Source: Rhynchobatus australiae | Lineage: Eukaryota | Length of the DNA: 64,000 nucleotides | Direction: 5' to 3' | Assembly: GCA_034780895.1 (NCBI GenBank) | Contig: JAUZTB010000127.1 | Location: 49,942,697-50,006,696, forward strand | Part shown: in pieces, positions 37,110 to 50,213 of the stretch | How positions within the stretch are numbered: position 1 is the first letter of the stretch | Layout: each line of letters begins with the position of its first letter | The notes under the pieces: model-generated | Database searches by the model: none | What the model saw: only the letters and a program-made list of their open reading frames with translations | What the model was told of the DNA's origin: nothing | Made by a program: the position numbers and the translations under genes

Positions 37110-37720
37110 CCTGAGCTTCCCACGGCCACTTTAATTCCCCATCTCATTCCCACTCTGACCTACTGGTCTGTGGCCTCCTGTACTGCCTCAGTGAGGCCCA
37201 ATGCAAGTTCGAGGAACAGCACCTCATCTCCCGTCTGGGCACGTTGCAGCCTCCTGGACCCAATACTGCCTTCAACAATTTCAAGTAACTTGATTTCCCA
37301 GTCTGTATCAGTCACCCATCTGTAATATTAGCTCAGTTTGTTTTTTCTTCCCCCTTCTTTTTCTTTTACATCTCTCTGGGAGTGGAGGATGTGTCCTGTC
37401 TGACTTGATGGGCTTGTCCTCCTGTTCTGCGGTTATGCAACTCCCAGGTTCTTTTGTCCATGTTCTCACCCTCTAACTGCTCCCATTCACTCACTGACCA
37501 GATAAGCTTATTTATAATTTATCCCTCATGCTCGCCCCAGTTTTACCCTATCAGAGACATCCCCCTCCCCCACCCATCAAGCAGGTTAATCAGCTTCTTT
37601 TGTCTCCTTTACAGTTCTGATGAAGGGTTTCTGATCTGAAAACTTTTGACTGTTTCTCTTCCCACACATGCAGCCTGACCTGCTGAGTATTTCCAGTATT
37701 TTCTGTTTTTGCCCATTTTG
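37110..37720 (+). mobile_element. Penelope-like element 3' end: GIY-YIG C-terminus, 3' UTR and pLTR
   Basis: HFNSPSHSHSDLLVCGLLYCLSEAQCKFEEQHLISRLGTLQPPGPNTAFNNFK*, a pyrimidine-rich UTR, then CTGATGAAGGGTTTCTGATCTGAAA..GCAGCCTGACCTGCTGAGTATTTCCAG. Confidence 0.8.
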
Positions 37721-38319
37721 TAAATCTGGTATTATGCATGCAAGCAACATGGCCTGCCCACAGAAGCCAAATAAGTGCAATTGGGTACTCAACGTTGGGA
37801 ACATTGACCAGAGAGAAAATGTCAATATTGGTCTTGTCAGTGTATTGAAGATTTTGTGGAGTGCGTCTCTCCAGTGTTTACAGNNNNNNNNNNNNNNNNN
37901 NNNNCTCAGAAATGTACAGAAGGGAAGGGATCATCACTGCTCAGTAGACCACAAGGTTTACACTGGGTTTGAGGTATTGATCTTCACCCACCCTTTTCCT
38001 TAGCTTTGCCTCCAGTGCACCACACACCTTTTGGTTGTCCTGAGATATGGGAAATGGTTCACATTTTCCAGGTGATATATTGATGTTGAGGTAACCTTGG
38101 TCTGGGACACAGCCAGCAGAGGTGATACAGTTTCCCATTTGCCTGTAGATTAGTTCCAGTCCAGTGGAAGGTGAAATAGAGCACTTTCCACCACCCCCAA
38201 CCCCACAGGATATGAATGTTACTGCAAATTGTTTCTCGATGAATGATCCCTGATGGTTCAGTTATATAGGGTATTGTAAAACCATATCAGGAATGGTTTG
38301 TACAGGATGGGTCTCCTTT

Positions 38320-38930
38320 AAAGGGAGGATGCTTATTTGTTAAAAAACATTTCAGAGAAGGTCCACTAGACTGCTAAGTGCAATAGGCATATTGAGATAG
38401 GCACATTGTCTTTTTGGGAAAGATTGAACAGATTTGGCTGGAAGAGAGACAGGTGACAATTGCAACACAAGATCCTTACAGGTCTTGACAGGGTGAATGT
38501 GAAGAGAATGTTTCCTCTTATGGGAAAAACTAGAACTGGGGTCACTGTTTNNNNNNNNNNNNNNNNNNNNNNNNNNNNNNNNNNNNNNNNNNNNNNNNNN
38601 NNNNNNNNNNNNNNNNNNNNNNNNNNNNNNNNNNNNNNNNNNNNNNNNNNGGGTCACTGTTTGAAAATAAGGGGTCTCCTTGTTTAAGAAAGACTAGGAG
38701 ATTTTATTTTTTCTCCAACAGTCATGAATCTTTCAGTCTCTTTCGTGAAATATAGGGAAAGCAGAATCTTTAAGTATTTTAAGGTTGAGGTAAGATAGAA
38801 ATTTGATAAGCAAAGGGGTGAAAGGTTACTGAGGGTAGATGAGAAAATGGAGTTGAGGTTACAATCAGATCAGTCATGATCTCTTTTAATAACAGCGCAG
38901 GCTTAAAGGATCAAATGGCCTACTTCTGCT
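38320..38930 (+). mobile_element. CR1 3' end
   Basis: KILTGLDRVNVKRMFPLMGKTRT; tail GATCAGTCATGATCTC..GGCCTACTTCTGCTC. Confidence 0.8.
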
Positions 38931-39039
38931 CATATGTCCAGAAACCTGACTACTAGCTCAGTAAACTAACAACTACATTATTCTACCTTTGCTCAGAATT
39001 GCAAAATAGTCACTAATTAACAACTAGGAAGAAGAGAAA

Positions 39040-39230
39040 ATGCCCAGAGACCTTAGACACACAGGAATCATGACTAGTTTAAAGAAAGGAAAATAATTTG
39101 ATTGTGATAAATACAGAGGGATGTCCCTGTTGTCAATAGTATCTTCCTCAACATCATCCTGCCAGTTGCTAAAATACGATTCTCAAATTGCCATGTGCGA
39201 ACTCAGTCCACGGTTGCATTTTCAACATGT
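39040..39230 (+). mobile_element. RTE-like RT fragment
   Basis: DLRHTGIMTSLKKGK*FDCDKYRGMSLLS matches the RTE motif DLRDA.IV..FKKGD..DC.NYRGISLLS. Confidence 0.55.
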
Positions 39231-39329
39231 CAACAGTTCAGGTTACAAACAGTTCTCAGGAATGGAACCCTATTATAACTTGAGGAGGACCTGCATCTCC
39301 TTGAAGTTCATTACAATTCTTCTCGCAGT

Positions 39330-39790
39330 TCATTTCACTTCCCAGCTTTGTGAGAATGACAAATTTGGAAATAGTGTCCTGTATATCCAGATCCAAGTTA
39401 TTAATGTATATTAGGAAAAGCAGTGGTCCTAATAATGACCCATGTGGAATCTTACAGTTATCTCCAGTCTGACAAACAATTCAAGATGGAGACTCAAGAG
39501 ACTGCAATATACCGGCTATCTCCCCTCTAATCTTTCAGTTCAGATCCCTCCACAGATGCTGCCTGACCCGTCAAGTTCCTCCAGCAATTTGCTTTTTGTT
39601 CCGAGCAGCATTTCAATACTCTTTCTAGTTACTTAACCAATTATCTATGGATGCTGCTACTGTCCCTTTCATTTCATAGGCTTCAATCTTGATGTCAAGC
39701 CGATTGTGTCATGTTAGCAAGTACCTTTTGGAAATCTATATATGCCACATCAATTGCATTTCCCTCATCACACCCCTCTGCTATTTCATC
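39330..39790 (-). mobile_element. CR1 RT fragment interrupted by a pLTR-derived element (~39480-39620)
   Basis: Reverse complement gives DEGNAIDVAYIDFQKVLAN and GSLLGPLLFLIYINNLD..ISKFV; the insert contains CCACAGATGCTGCCTGACCCG. Confidence 0.7.
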
Positions 39791-39939
39791 ATAAAATCAT
39801 GTTAAAGAAGGAGGCTATTTGAAATGGTTTTGAAAGTTTAAATCAGTTCAATACAATCAGAAAATCCAGTCTTAAATGCTTACATTTTGCCTTAAGGAGC
39901 ATTACACTGATGTCCACCTCCATTCTCTTCCTACCCCAG

Positions 39940-40280
39940 ATGTCATGGAGTCATACAGCATGGCCCTTCAGCCTACCAATTCTACACTGACCATCAAGCA
40001 CCCATCTACATTAATCTCACACCAATCTCATTTTATTCTCCCCATATTCCCATCAACTCCCTCCAGATTCTACCACTCACCTACACAAGGTGCAACTTAC
40101 AATGGCTAATTAACCTACTGACTTGCACATCTTTGGGATGTGGAAGGAAACTGAAACACCCAGGGGAAACTCACAGGGAGAACGTTAAACTCCACACGGA
40201 CGGCACTGGAGGCCATGATTGAACTGGGGCCTCTGAGCTGTGAAGCAGCAGCTCTACTGGCTGCACCGCTGTGCTGCCCA
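39940..40280 (-). mobile_element. HE1-type V-domain SINE with a CR1/HER1-like tail
   Basis: Reverse complement: tRNA-like head GGGCAGCACAGCGGTGCAGC..AGTTCAATC, V-domain GTTTCCTTCCACATCCCAAAGATGTG, tail GGCTGAAGGGCCATGCTGTATGACTCCATGAC. Confidence 0.8.
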
Positions 40281-40779
40281 GAAGTGTTTCCACTGTTGGC
40301 ATGGTTGAGAATGCTAACACTGCAGATCAGTGGTGAAAACGAACTGTGCTGACTCATTGGAATCACCACGGTGCCGCAGTAGACATAAGGAAAACCATAC
40401 AGGGTGTGTGATGTTGATCATGATCAGATATTTCTAGCCCACACTGAAAGTTCCTGACACTGGTTTTTCCCCACACTCTTCACTCTTCATTCATGCGCTT
40501 AACCTCTTGAAAACTTCTCAGTGACTTGAGCAAAAATGTGTGGGTTCCATTATAATACCCGCTTTTGTTAAAAGTATCAAGTGTCCCTCATTACTAGCCC
40601 TGTCCTTCCGGTGGCCAATTTATCATCCACCACCTCAAAAGAATTCACTTTTGACCACCATATCTTCACAAACTGTCATCCTCTATCTTCTAAATTCTCT
40701 CTCCTGACTCAATCTTGGGAGCTGCCCACATCTCTGCACCCTCCACACTTGTCCAATACTCCCCTTTTCTGTTATTCAA

Positions 40780-41060
40780 CTTCCACATTCCACCTTCAAT
40801 AAACTTCTGCTCATCTAAAATGCTCCTGACAGTATCCCAACAAGAGCCAAATCCTATCCCCACATGCTTCGCAACTTATTGGTTTCCAGGCCAGCAATGC
40901 CCCAAATTCAAATGTCTCATGTGTCCAATCCTTCCTTATACCCTGATCTCCCTCCCTGTACAATCTATACTACCTATCAAGATTACTGCACTCATCCAAT
41001 ACTGGCCATTTCCCTTCATCCCACACTGGCATTCATGCCTTTATTAATCTGGATTTTAAC
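40780..41060 (+). mobile_element. Decayed L2 LINE 3' fragment
   Basis: Resembles the L2 C-terminal (Q...QN.AAR..I.P.L..LHW.P..Q) region; a similar piece lies at ~58280-58450. Confidence 0.4.
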
Positions 41061-41069
41061 CTCAAGGAT

Positions 41070-41345
41070 AATCACAATTAATGGTAGGGCACTGCACATG
41101 CCACAGAAGGTAGCAGGATTGGTGGAAAATGCGGTCAATAAACTTATAGAAAATTGCCCTGCATTGATCAAAGTGTAACATACAAGAGCACTAGGTCAAA
41201 CTCGAAATGTACAATGCAGATTAAGCCACAGCTAAAGAGTACACAGCACAGTTTTGGTCGCCCCACAGTAGAAGGATTTTGATAGCACTACAAAGGATGC
41301 TAATGAGGTGACAATATTGCCAGGGTTGGAGAATTATAGTTATGA
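41070..41345 (+). mobile_element. CR1 ORF2 C-terminal fragment
   Basis: CAGCTAAAGAGTACACAGCACAGTTTTGGTCGCCCCAC (LEY..QFWSPH)..TTGCCAGGGTTGGAGAATTATAGTTATGA. Confidence 0.7.
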
Positions 41346-41579
41346 NNNNNNNNNNNNNNNNNNNNNNNNNNNNNNNNNNNNNNNNNNNNNNNNNNNNNNN
41401 NNNNNNNNNNNNNNNNNNNNNNNNNNNNNNNNNNNNNNNNNNNNNNNNNNNNNNNNNNNNNNNNNNNNNNNCAAACATTCTATGTGACACCCACATTTAA
41501 TTATAGCACCTTTACACAAAAATACATGGATTGTAAATGAAAGCTGAAACTGAACAATAACTTAGGCTGGAGATTGTGT

Positions 41580-41890
41580 AGTAGAAAGAGCTGTCATAGG
41601 CAAGGTCTTTGTTGAGTCCATTCTGCTCTCTTAATTAACTGTGAAGGATCCCAAGGCATTATCTGTTGAGGAGCAAGGGAATTATCCTGTTCCCTTGGCT
41701 GATGTTTATGCCTCAAATAAAATCAAATGAAGTATTTATCATTTGTAGGAGTTGTGTCTGTGAATTAACCAATGTGTTTCTTACTCTACTTCAACAACTA
41801 CACTTCAAATACACTTAATTGGCTGTGTAATGTTTTAGAACATTAGAGGGTGCAAAAAAGGGCATCAAATAAATATAAGCATTTCTTTCT
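41580..41890 (+). mobile_element. Deu-domain SINE fragment
   Basis: GTGAAGGATCCCAAGGCATTAT..GAGGAGCAAGGGAATT..CTTGGCTGATGTTTATGCCTCAA..ACTACACTTCAAA..TTGGCTGTG. Confidence 0.65.
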
Positions 41891-44239
41891 TAAGCAAACA
41901 GATTACCAGAATCTTCTCTAAGAGACAGTATGCATGGTCGCACAGAGAATCACTTTCTCAAACCCTTACTAGTAATAACAGGCAGCCATCTCTGTATGCA
42001 ATCCCTGCACAAATCCTTGATGTCATTGGCAGACATATCAAACTAGATTCTTGTAAGCTGTTAAGTTTTATCAATGATTAGCACCATGAGCTGGACCACA
42101 GTCTCACAGACTTCAAATAAGAGGCAGTATAAAGGCTGCCTTTAAATGAAATGGTCTAGAAATTTTATTGCAAAGCACAACAGTTTTGTGTACAATGCTA
42201 ACAATTTCAACTAAAATTCAATTGCTCCATGGATTCATTCTGCTTGTCAGGAAACTTTAGCATGGCATTCCACACATTTGACTTGTTCACGCATGGGGTC
42301 CACTGCCTGTGCACACAGTGACATTGATAGGCATGCAATGCACAGATCTTATAATTTTCGTAATGGATACTGCTGAGCCACAGTTACAGAATTCTCATAG
42401 TCCCAGTGATAAGTTGCCATTGTTCATTGAAATGTTCTAATATCAATTCATTTGACAAAATAAAATTGTACAATGCATTTTGAAATTCTAGAAGGTGCAA
42501 GACAAATAATTGGAAAGGCTCCATTTATTTGATAACACTGATGAAAAGGAGTTTCATTTTGGACCACAGATTAATTCAATTCTGAAATTTCACGTTGCTA
42601 GCATCCTTCAAGGTCTTGAAACTCACTCCATGTGGATTAATATTTTGTTATTTACCAGCACACATCCCATCCCTACAACTCTATAATTATTTCCCTCCCT
42701 TAAAGTCTAATTTCTTGATCATCTCTCTGTGAATCCACAATAATGCAAATTAATTATATTAAAGCAACATGGCTCTCCTTGCATTTCAACCAGGTCAGGA
42801 TTTACAGCTTCTTAATTTTGATACAAAGTAACTTCAATTCACATCAATGTTGTTATGTTATGCAACCCTAAATCATTCTCAAATTTATTCTCAGTACAAG
42901 TCACACCAATATGTCATTCTGACTGGGGTACAGTACAGAGACGTACAAAATGTTTTAGTAACACTTGCAAAATTGAGTTCTGGACTGTGAACTTGAATAA
43001 CAGGTGATATCACTCGTGTCTTTGAGTCAAAAGGTTACTAGTTCATTCAGCCTCTGGAAAGTTGAACTATTAACCTACAGCCAAGGTAAGCTGATACAGC
43101 ATACTGGTAAGAAAGTGGCCAATGCAATGTTTGTGATATGAATTTAAAATACCTTCAAGGTGACATTGCAGCCTGGTACTGGTGATGTATGTTTTGAAGA
43201 TGAGTTTAGCTAAAGTCTCATCTGTCTGTTCAGCTGGACTTACCTAATTGCACTGGTGACTTCCTTTGCTCTCCTGGATAACATTCATTTCCAAAATAGA
43301 CTTTATTCTACACAAAATCATGGAAAAGGCAGATATACTATCATAACTTGCATTTCAGATCATTCTTCTAGATCTGCAATTGAGAACTTGGAAGAGAGCA
43401 CAAATACACAAGAGGGACCAAGGCTTCCTCTGCTATTTCTAAAAGGTTATAACTGATCTTAAGACTTTTGACTGAGCAATGCCCATATAAATTGATTACA
43501 ATCGTGTTCAAAATCTATTGTCCTGAATTTTGAATACACTCAACAACTGAACATTGGCACACCTCTTGAACAGACTATTTCAAAGATTGACATCAGCACA
43601 GTGGCACATCTGGTANNNNNNNNNNNNNNNNNNNNNNNNNNNNNNNNNNNNNNNNNNNNNNNNNNNNNNNNNNNNNNNNNNNNNNNNNNNNNNNNNNNNN
43701 NNNNNNNNNNNNNNNNNNNNNNNNNNNNNNNNNNNNNNNNNNNNNNNNNNNNNNNNNNNNNNNNNNNNNNNNNNNNNNNNNNNNNNNNNNNNNNNNNNNN
43801 NNNNNNNNNNNNNNNNNNNNNNNNNNNNNNNNNNNNNNNNNNNNNNNNNNNNNNNNNNNNNNNNNNNNNNNNNNNNNNNNNNNNNNNNNNNNNNNNNNNN
43901 NNNNNNNNNNNNNNNNNNNNNNNNNNNNNNNNNNNNNNNNNNNNNNNNNNCCAGTCCTAAATTACTTCATTCTGGGACAATGCCTTCTCTTTCTCAACTC
44001 TCCAGCCAGGAGAAACAACCTCTCAAAATTTATTGTTCAGTTCTTTTAAAATCTTATATCCTTTAATGTTAGCAATGCTTCAAGGTTCACAGAGAGGCAG
44101 CTTCTGTGGTGGAACCTCTGGGGCTCTGTCTCCACCCACAGGCAGTCAGATGAAATGCATATGTCCATTACTCAGAATAAAGAAAGGCTTTATAGGAAAC
44201 AATTTACTTTTAGAATGATGCAGAAGGCTTTACTGGCAA

Positions 44240-44630
44240 CAAGGTACATTTGAAATGTAGTTGCTGTTATAACATACATAATATAGCAGGTAATTTACAC
44301 ACAGCAACCTCCTAATGACAGCAATATGATGGATAATAAAATAATATTATTACTTAATATTGGCCCAGGCACAAACATTGGCCTGAACACCAACGAGAAC
44401 TCTCTTGCTCTTCAAGATAGAGCCATGAGATCCATGAAATCTATCCAAGAAGGTTTAAGGGGCTCATGGTTCAACCCCTCATCTGAAATATGACACCTCC
44501 GACAATGTAACACTTCCTCAGAACTGCGTCAAAAAGGTTTTGTGCACACTTCCCTGAAGTGAGACTTAAAACTACAACTTTCCGATTAATACGTGATGGG
44601 AATGCCATTCAAACCATGCCAGACACAACT
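44240..44630 (-). mobile_element. Deu-domain SINE
   Basis: Reverse complement contains a tRNA-like head, TGTCGGAGGTGTCATATTTCAGATGAG..TTGAACC, and CATGGCTCTATCTTGAAGAGCAAGAGAGTTCTC..GGCCAAT. Confidence 0.65.
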
Positions 44631-45459
44631 GTACCACTTGCCCTGAGACTGTTCTGAATTTGAAGATATTAAAATTGGATTTTGGTCAGTTTTACACAAA
44701 TCAAGAGAATGCTCTTTCCTAGTTACTTACAAACACTCATTTCAATTAAGAAGAAAATGGTCTGCAGCATTGGGGGGAAAAATTTCCATTTATTCGGTTC
44801 TACATTTGTCTTCTCCTTTTATCTCAGTGAGTGGTCACTCTTGTTTTTCAATTATTGCTTTTATAGGGATCACTACTAGTTATTGTAAAACAAAAGTGAC
44901 CACTGTCAAAGTTTGGTTTTTGGGTGTCATGCATCTTGAGCTTGCATTACAAATTTAACCAGAATTCTTTCTATCCTAGTATTTAAATTTTTTCTATCAA
45001 TTTGAAGGGAGATGCCCCATATGTTAAATAAGCACTAGATAGTTAAAAGGGGAGAGGATTCCAAAACTGAAGAGTATTATTCCAAATGTTCCTCAATAAA
45101 TAAGTCAATTGCTTAACAATTCTTTTCATTTTGAAAAAAATCTGTCCAGCCAAATTTGCTTTCTCACTGACTGCTGTAGTGATATCACTGGCAGGAATTT
45201 GCTTCATGCATCATCTGGATAAACTGGTTGCTTCATTCAGGGTCAGCTGCAGCCATGCAATCCTCAGGGCGAGCTGCATGGCCCTCGGGTTAGCCTGAAT
45301 TAGTGGACTCCATTATTTTGTATGGAAGCACTTCACCTCTCAATGGGGTAACAATCTCTTGTCAGTAGTGTTGCAGAAATGCACATGCAGACAGTGAGAG
45401 TTGACTCAAAGCTCTAAACACATCAGAACACTGACTTTAAAAAAAAGTTAAAAGATCAA

Positions 45460-45640
45460 CATGAATCTTGGAAGTGCTCAGCAGGTCAGGCAGCATCTGT
45501 GGAGAAGTAAACAGAGTTTGATGATCTTCCAATAGAACATCAAGTAATCAGCCTGAAATATTAACTATTTCTCTCTCCACAGATACTGCCCTTTACTGTT
45601 TTTACTTTAGATTTCCAGCACCTGCAGCATTCTGCTTTCA
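45460..45640. mobile_element. Palindromic Penelope pLTR-derived element
   Basis: Arms GGCAGCATCTGTGGAGA (~45489) and TCTCCACAGATACTGCC (~45574) are near-perfect reverse complements. Confidence 0.7.
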
Positions 45641-48179
45641 ACAAAGAGTAGAGGACACATTAAGATGTTATCTAAAAATTATGGTGAAATGCTTCAGACA
45701 ATAAGTGTTTACTTAAAATTAATTTTCCTGAAATTCTTATTATCACAGCTTACATTGATTAGTGCAGGCAAATCTGGAGCTTAATCCCTAGTCCATTCTA
45801 AGCCACATTCTGAGTCCCAGTTTTGGCACAGTTCCCATACATTTTAGTTCTTTGTTCCACCCTTATTTTCATACATCTTCCCCTTTTATCTCTGGAGACC
45901 CGCCAATTTGTTTTCACAGGCATGCCTGCCTATTATGGCAAAAAATATCAAAAAACCAAAGTAACTTTACCACTCTTAAAGCCAGTTTCTATTTCTGCTT
46001 CTATTGATCACTTGAACCCGAAACTTCACTGTGACCAATTTCCCAAGAACACTATTGTGGCATAATGTTGCAAAATAAATGAGCCCTTCAATTTTTTTTT
46101 GAGACTTTAGCTCGACATTAAGAGACAGGCCATATTTTGCATCTTCCCTCCAGTCAGGATAACTTGTGGGCAAAGAGACAGAAAAAAGAAAAGCTATTTT
46201 CCTTCAAGTAAAATCCCACCAATTCTGGTGGCAACTATTAGGATAGCAATAGCGCTGAGAACATTATGTTTGATGGTCAGAACATCTTCTACAAAGACAA
46301 GTTTGGAAAAACCAATGGTCAGAATCTCAGGTTCCATAATGCATGAACTATGTTGGTTGTTTGGTGATTCTTTTCCCAGTGTACATTGGACCTGTGGCAC
46401 AGACTACTGGCTCTTGGTGCAACACTGATTTCCTTCAAGTGAGAACTGAATCTATTTCTTGGGGGAAGGTAGGGGACTGAAATGACCTTATGTAAAATAT
46501 AGGTAACATGTCCACAAAATTGTATGCTGGACTTGATTTGACCACCTAAAAGGATGGAAACAATTCAAGTATTTTTTTCTTAATTGGCCTGTGTTTCTTC
46601 ATGTTTTTGACTCCTTGTGCAGGAGGTAACATTGCTTTCAGGTAGACTGGGGAAAGCCAATATTGGGATTCACAAGTCAGCTCAATTATGTGGGACAGAC
46701 TGAAACCTTCATATGATCCTTTTTTGTTTATCACCATTCCTATGTTTGTGGATTAATTCATCTCCTCAGGTAATGGTCACAAAGATGAGTAAAATTTACA
46801 CATGTTGAACATTAATTTTAAAAAGAGAAGAAAATGCTGGATCTCTCAAAATTCACAGTTCTTCAACATTGCTCTGCTATGAAGCCCCCAACCCCCACCC
46901 ACCTCTGGCCCCCAAAGGTAACATTTTTTGGCAACACATAAAAATTGGTTGAATTTTCCCAGAAAAGTGATTCTTTCCCACAATGCTAGTCATCTATAGA
47001 TTCTTCATATGAGCTTCCTATTTCATTCTAAAACAAAGTCCAATAACTACCATGGAACCAAATTGAAATGCTCGGAATCAGTGCCCCTTCCGGTCAACTA
47101 CACTTTATCACATTTTTTCCCAGAGTCCTATCAAGTGAGTATGAGAGCACAATTCCAATGAGGAAGCAGATTGATTAAAGCACAAAACTTTGCTGTAATA
47201 ATACCATTGAGAAGTACCAGAAATGCTTCTAGCTAGAAATGAAACCTTATGATTTATACTAGCCATTCTCATACCTACCACTGCATTTTCAGGGCTGAAG
47301 TGGCGCACACCTTTCATCAAAATTTAGAAGGCTACAAAAGCATAGCATAGCTTTTGTAACAGGGAACTTCAATAACCCCTTAACTCTGATAACTATACGT
47401 GAACCATTCAGAATGAACTGCTATATTACTATAAATACAAATATACCATTAAACTACAAAGTATATGGAACTATTAATTGCAATAAATTTTACTTAAGGT
47501 ATATTACTGTACTGCACATTAAACAGAATAGTGTTATGAATATACTGCACTAATCTACAATAAAGGATCATGATTAGGCTAAAGTGCACAATTTCCTTAA
47601 TTTATTTTAAATATTTCAATGGAATTTATAGAACCACCATATTGAGAGATACCTCAATTGTTTATTCCATTACAGGCTCAGAATTAATGGTTTGCATTGA
47701 TAATTGAGCTACTTGAGATTCTCTTATTCGTCAGGCTCAAGTATAGTTCTGCTGCGTACACCCATGGTTCATTTTTTTCTCCTCACTTCAAATTGATTTG
47801 GTCATCTTCGACGTTACATTCAAGTCATTGGTACGTTATTCAGTGCATCAACTTCTGAATCACAATCAAATTGTGAAATTGAAGCTGTAGAACTAGTAGC
47901 AAATGAACTCTGAGGTAACTGGATTTAAATTTCAATTAAAAAATGTTATGTAAACATATGCAGCAATGCACATTGTTAGGAAACTCCTTTTCCAAAAATT
48001 GAATGCATAAGGTATCAATTGGACTAAATTGTACAAGAATGAGCAAATTTGAACTCAAAGTACTCAGCATGTATATTCAGATCTTAAACAGAAAACCACA
48101 ATTTCCTTTGGGTAACATCATTTAAGCTACAAGTTAGTTTGAAACAGGATTTGTCAGCCACATATCACTATGCAAGTAC

Positions 48180-48430
48180 TCATTAACTATGAGGGAGTGG
48201 AGCAGCGATAGAGATGGCATCTTCTGGAGGAGGTGTAAAACCAAGGTTACATCTGCACATTCAAATAATTAGAAAACATCCCCTGACACTAATCAGAGAA
48301 ATTTCTCTGTGTATTGGTGCACATTTGTACTCAATTAACCTAACAAAAACGTTTGCCATTTATTTCATTTGCTGTGGACTTTGCTGTGAACAAATTGCAT
48401 ACATTGACGTATAACAACTTCTCAATTAAT
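48180..48430 (+). mobile_element. Deu-domain SINE fragment
   Basis: GAGGGAGTG..GAGATGGCATCTTC..GGTGTAAAACCAAGG..CATTTGCTGTGGACTTTGCTGTGAACAAATTG. Confidence 0.5.
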
Positions 48431-49892
48431 TCTATTATGTATAGTGGAACGTTATGGAAGATCTAAATTGATCTTCTTCCTGAACATAACTGAACATGAG
48501 CTGAATTTCTTGAAAGAATTTGCAGAGAAAATGATGCCCTAAATCTGCAAGATCAAAAACTTCAAAATAATTCCAATTGCTTTCACTAGATAGTTTCCCT
48601 GGAGCACATAAATCAAAGAGCCAAAAAGTCAATACTGGCAAAAGGAGGCAGAGGTTTTACAATTTTGGAAAAATAAATACTAACAATGGTAAAGAATCAT
48701 TTTTTTTTGTAAATTCACCTATTATGAGTCAATCCTGCTGTTCTGCTTCAAATTTTAAACTACACAGACTGAATTTAAATTATAATTTCAAATACACTGC
48801 TTTTTTTGGTGATACAGAACATGATGCTACATCTTGATCACGTGTATGATTTTACTTGAGATTCATTTCTGAGATATATCTGATCAAAGAGTAGAAATAA
48901 GTGAGGAGAATTAGGTACTTCAATTTCATCGTGTCCCTTTTAGCTTGCTAAAGAATGGGAAAATATGTCTGAGTGAAATATACAGGCTAGGATGAAAAAG
49001 AAGCTAAACAGCAAAAGATGTTAGCAACTAAATACCACAACCAACCACAGGATCCTGGTGAGTTTTGTTACAATACCCTTTATTATATAAAAAAAAATGC
49101 ACGAGCAATAGATATTTTCTAATTAAGGCTGGATACAGGATGACGTAATAAGGAATTTAAAATAGATGTTTTTTTCTCGTAATTGTTGATTTTACAGAAG
49201 AGAAACAAGGCTTAATTGTTTTAGTCAGCTGTCTTGATCCTGACAGAATCAGAAATGCAAGAAAAACAACACATTTTTGAATGATACAATTGCTATGAAT
49301 AGTTGAAATGGATGACAACATTATGCCTTAAACATAGCATACGATGCAAATGAGTGGAAATCACCAAGTACAATACAAAATGTCCATGTGGTTATTTCAC
49401 TTATGGTATTATATTCCCTAAACAGTATGTGTTATTCTTCAGAAATTTCAGTCTAAAGTTGCAAACCCTAGTATATAATGGTTCCCCAAACATAATGTGG
49501 TAGATTTTCAACATAGTCTCAAATGGAAATGAAAGCTTGACACATTTTTTCATAGTAAATGGACAGAACATCAGAGGGCCCTGCAGAGACTGAGACCAGG
49601 ACTGAGGAAAGGCCAACTACCTCCCAAACCCCAGCCACAAGCCCCAGGCCCCCCCCCAAGAGGAGGAATCAATGGATGGCAAAGGGACAAAGGGAATGGC
49701 AGGTGATGAAAAGAAAAAAGTCTCAGACAACACCACCCAAGTGACAACAGGCTTCTGAGAGTAAAAGTAATGGGACGAGTCACGAAACAGACAGATGCTA
49801 GCAACCTCTCCTNNNNNNNNNNCAGAGGGAATAAAGAGGAAGGGAGCCTTCAGACAATTACCAGCGAAGAAAGAATTCAGCCTGCCACCCTA

Positions 49893-50000
49893 CAGCTCCA
49901 GGAGACCAGGAGCAGCACAGAAGCTGTCAGCCCCCAGCTCCAGGAGATCAGGAGTAGCACAGTGTCCAACGCACCCCAGCTCTAAGAGATGGAGGGTACA
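49893..50000 (+). repeat. 42-bp in-frame tandem repeat in Tx1 ORF1
   Basis: CAGCTCCAGGAGACCAGGAGCAGCACAG / CAGCTCCAGGAGATCAGGAGTAGCACAG plus a partial third unit (QLQETRSST/QLQEIRSST). Confidence 0.8.
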
Positions 50001-50213
50001 GAATAATCAGAGCCAGAGATCAGAAAAGGAACACAGATTGATCTCCCCCAGTGGTGGCACAAGCAGCTCACCATAAGGGACCCCACAACCTGGGAGAGAC
50101 CATTCCCAGTACCTGAGCCCAAAAACAGTGAGGTAGTTCACCAAGGCCGTGGGCATGAGGGCTCACACTGATTGACAATGGACTGTATTTGCAAATCCTG
50201 AACTCAAATAACA

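Noticed and set aside
46440-46460. TGAGAACTGAAT, matching the first 12 nt of miR-146
   Set aside because: It diverges after 12 nt and has no complementary 3' arm to form a precursor hairpin.
48435-48544. Minus-strand acceptor with an open frame (LGHHFLCKFFQEIQLMF..)
   Set aside because: No convincing donor and no recognisable product.
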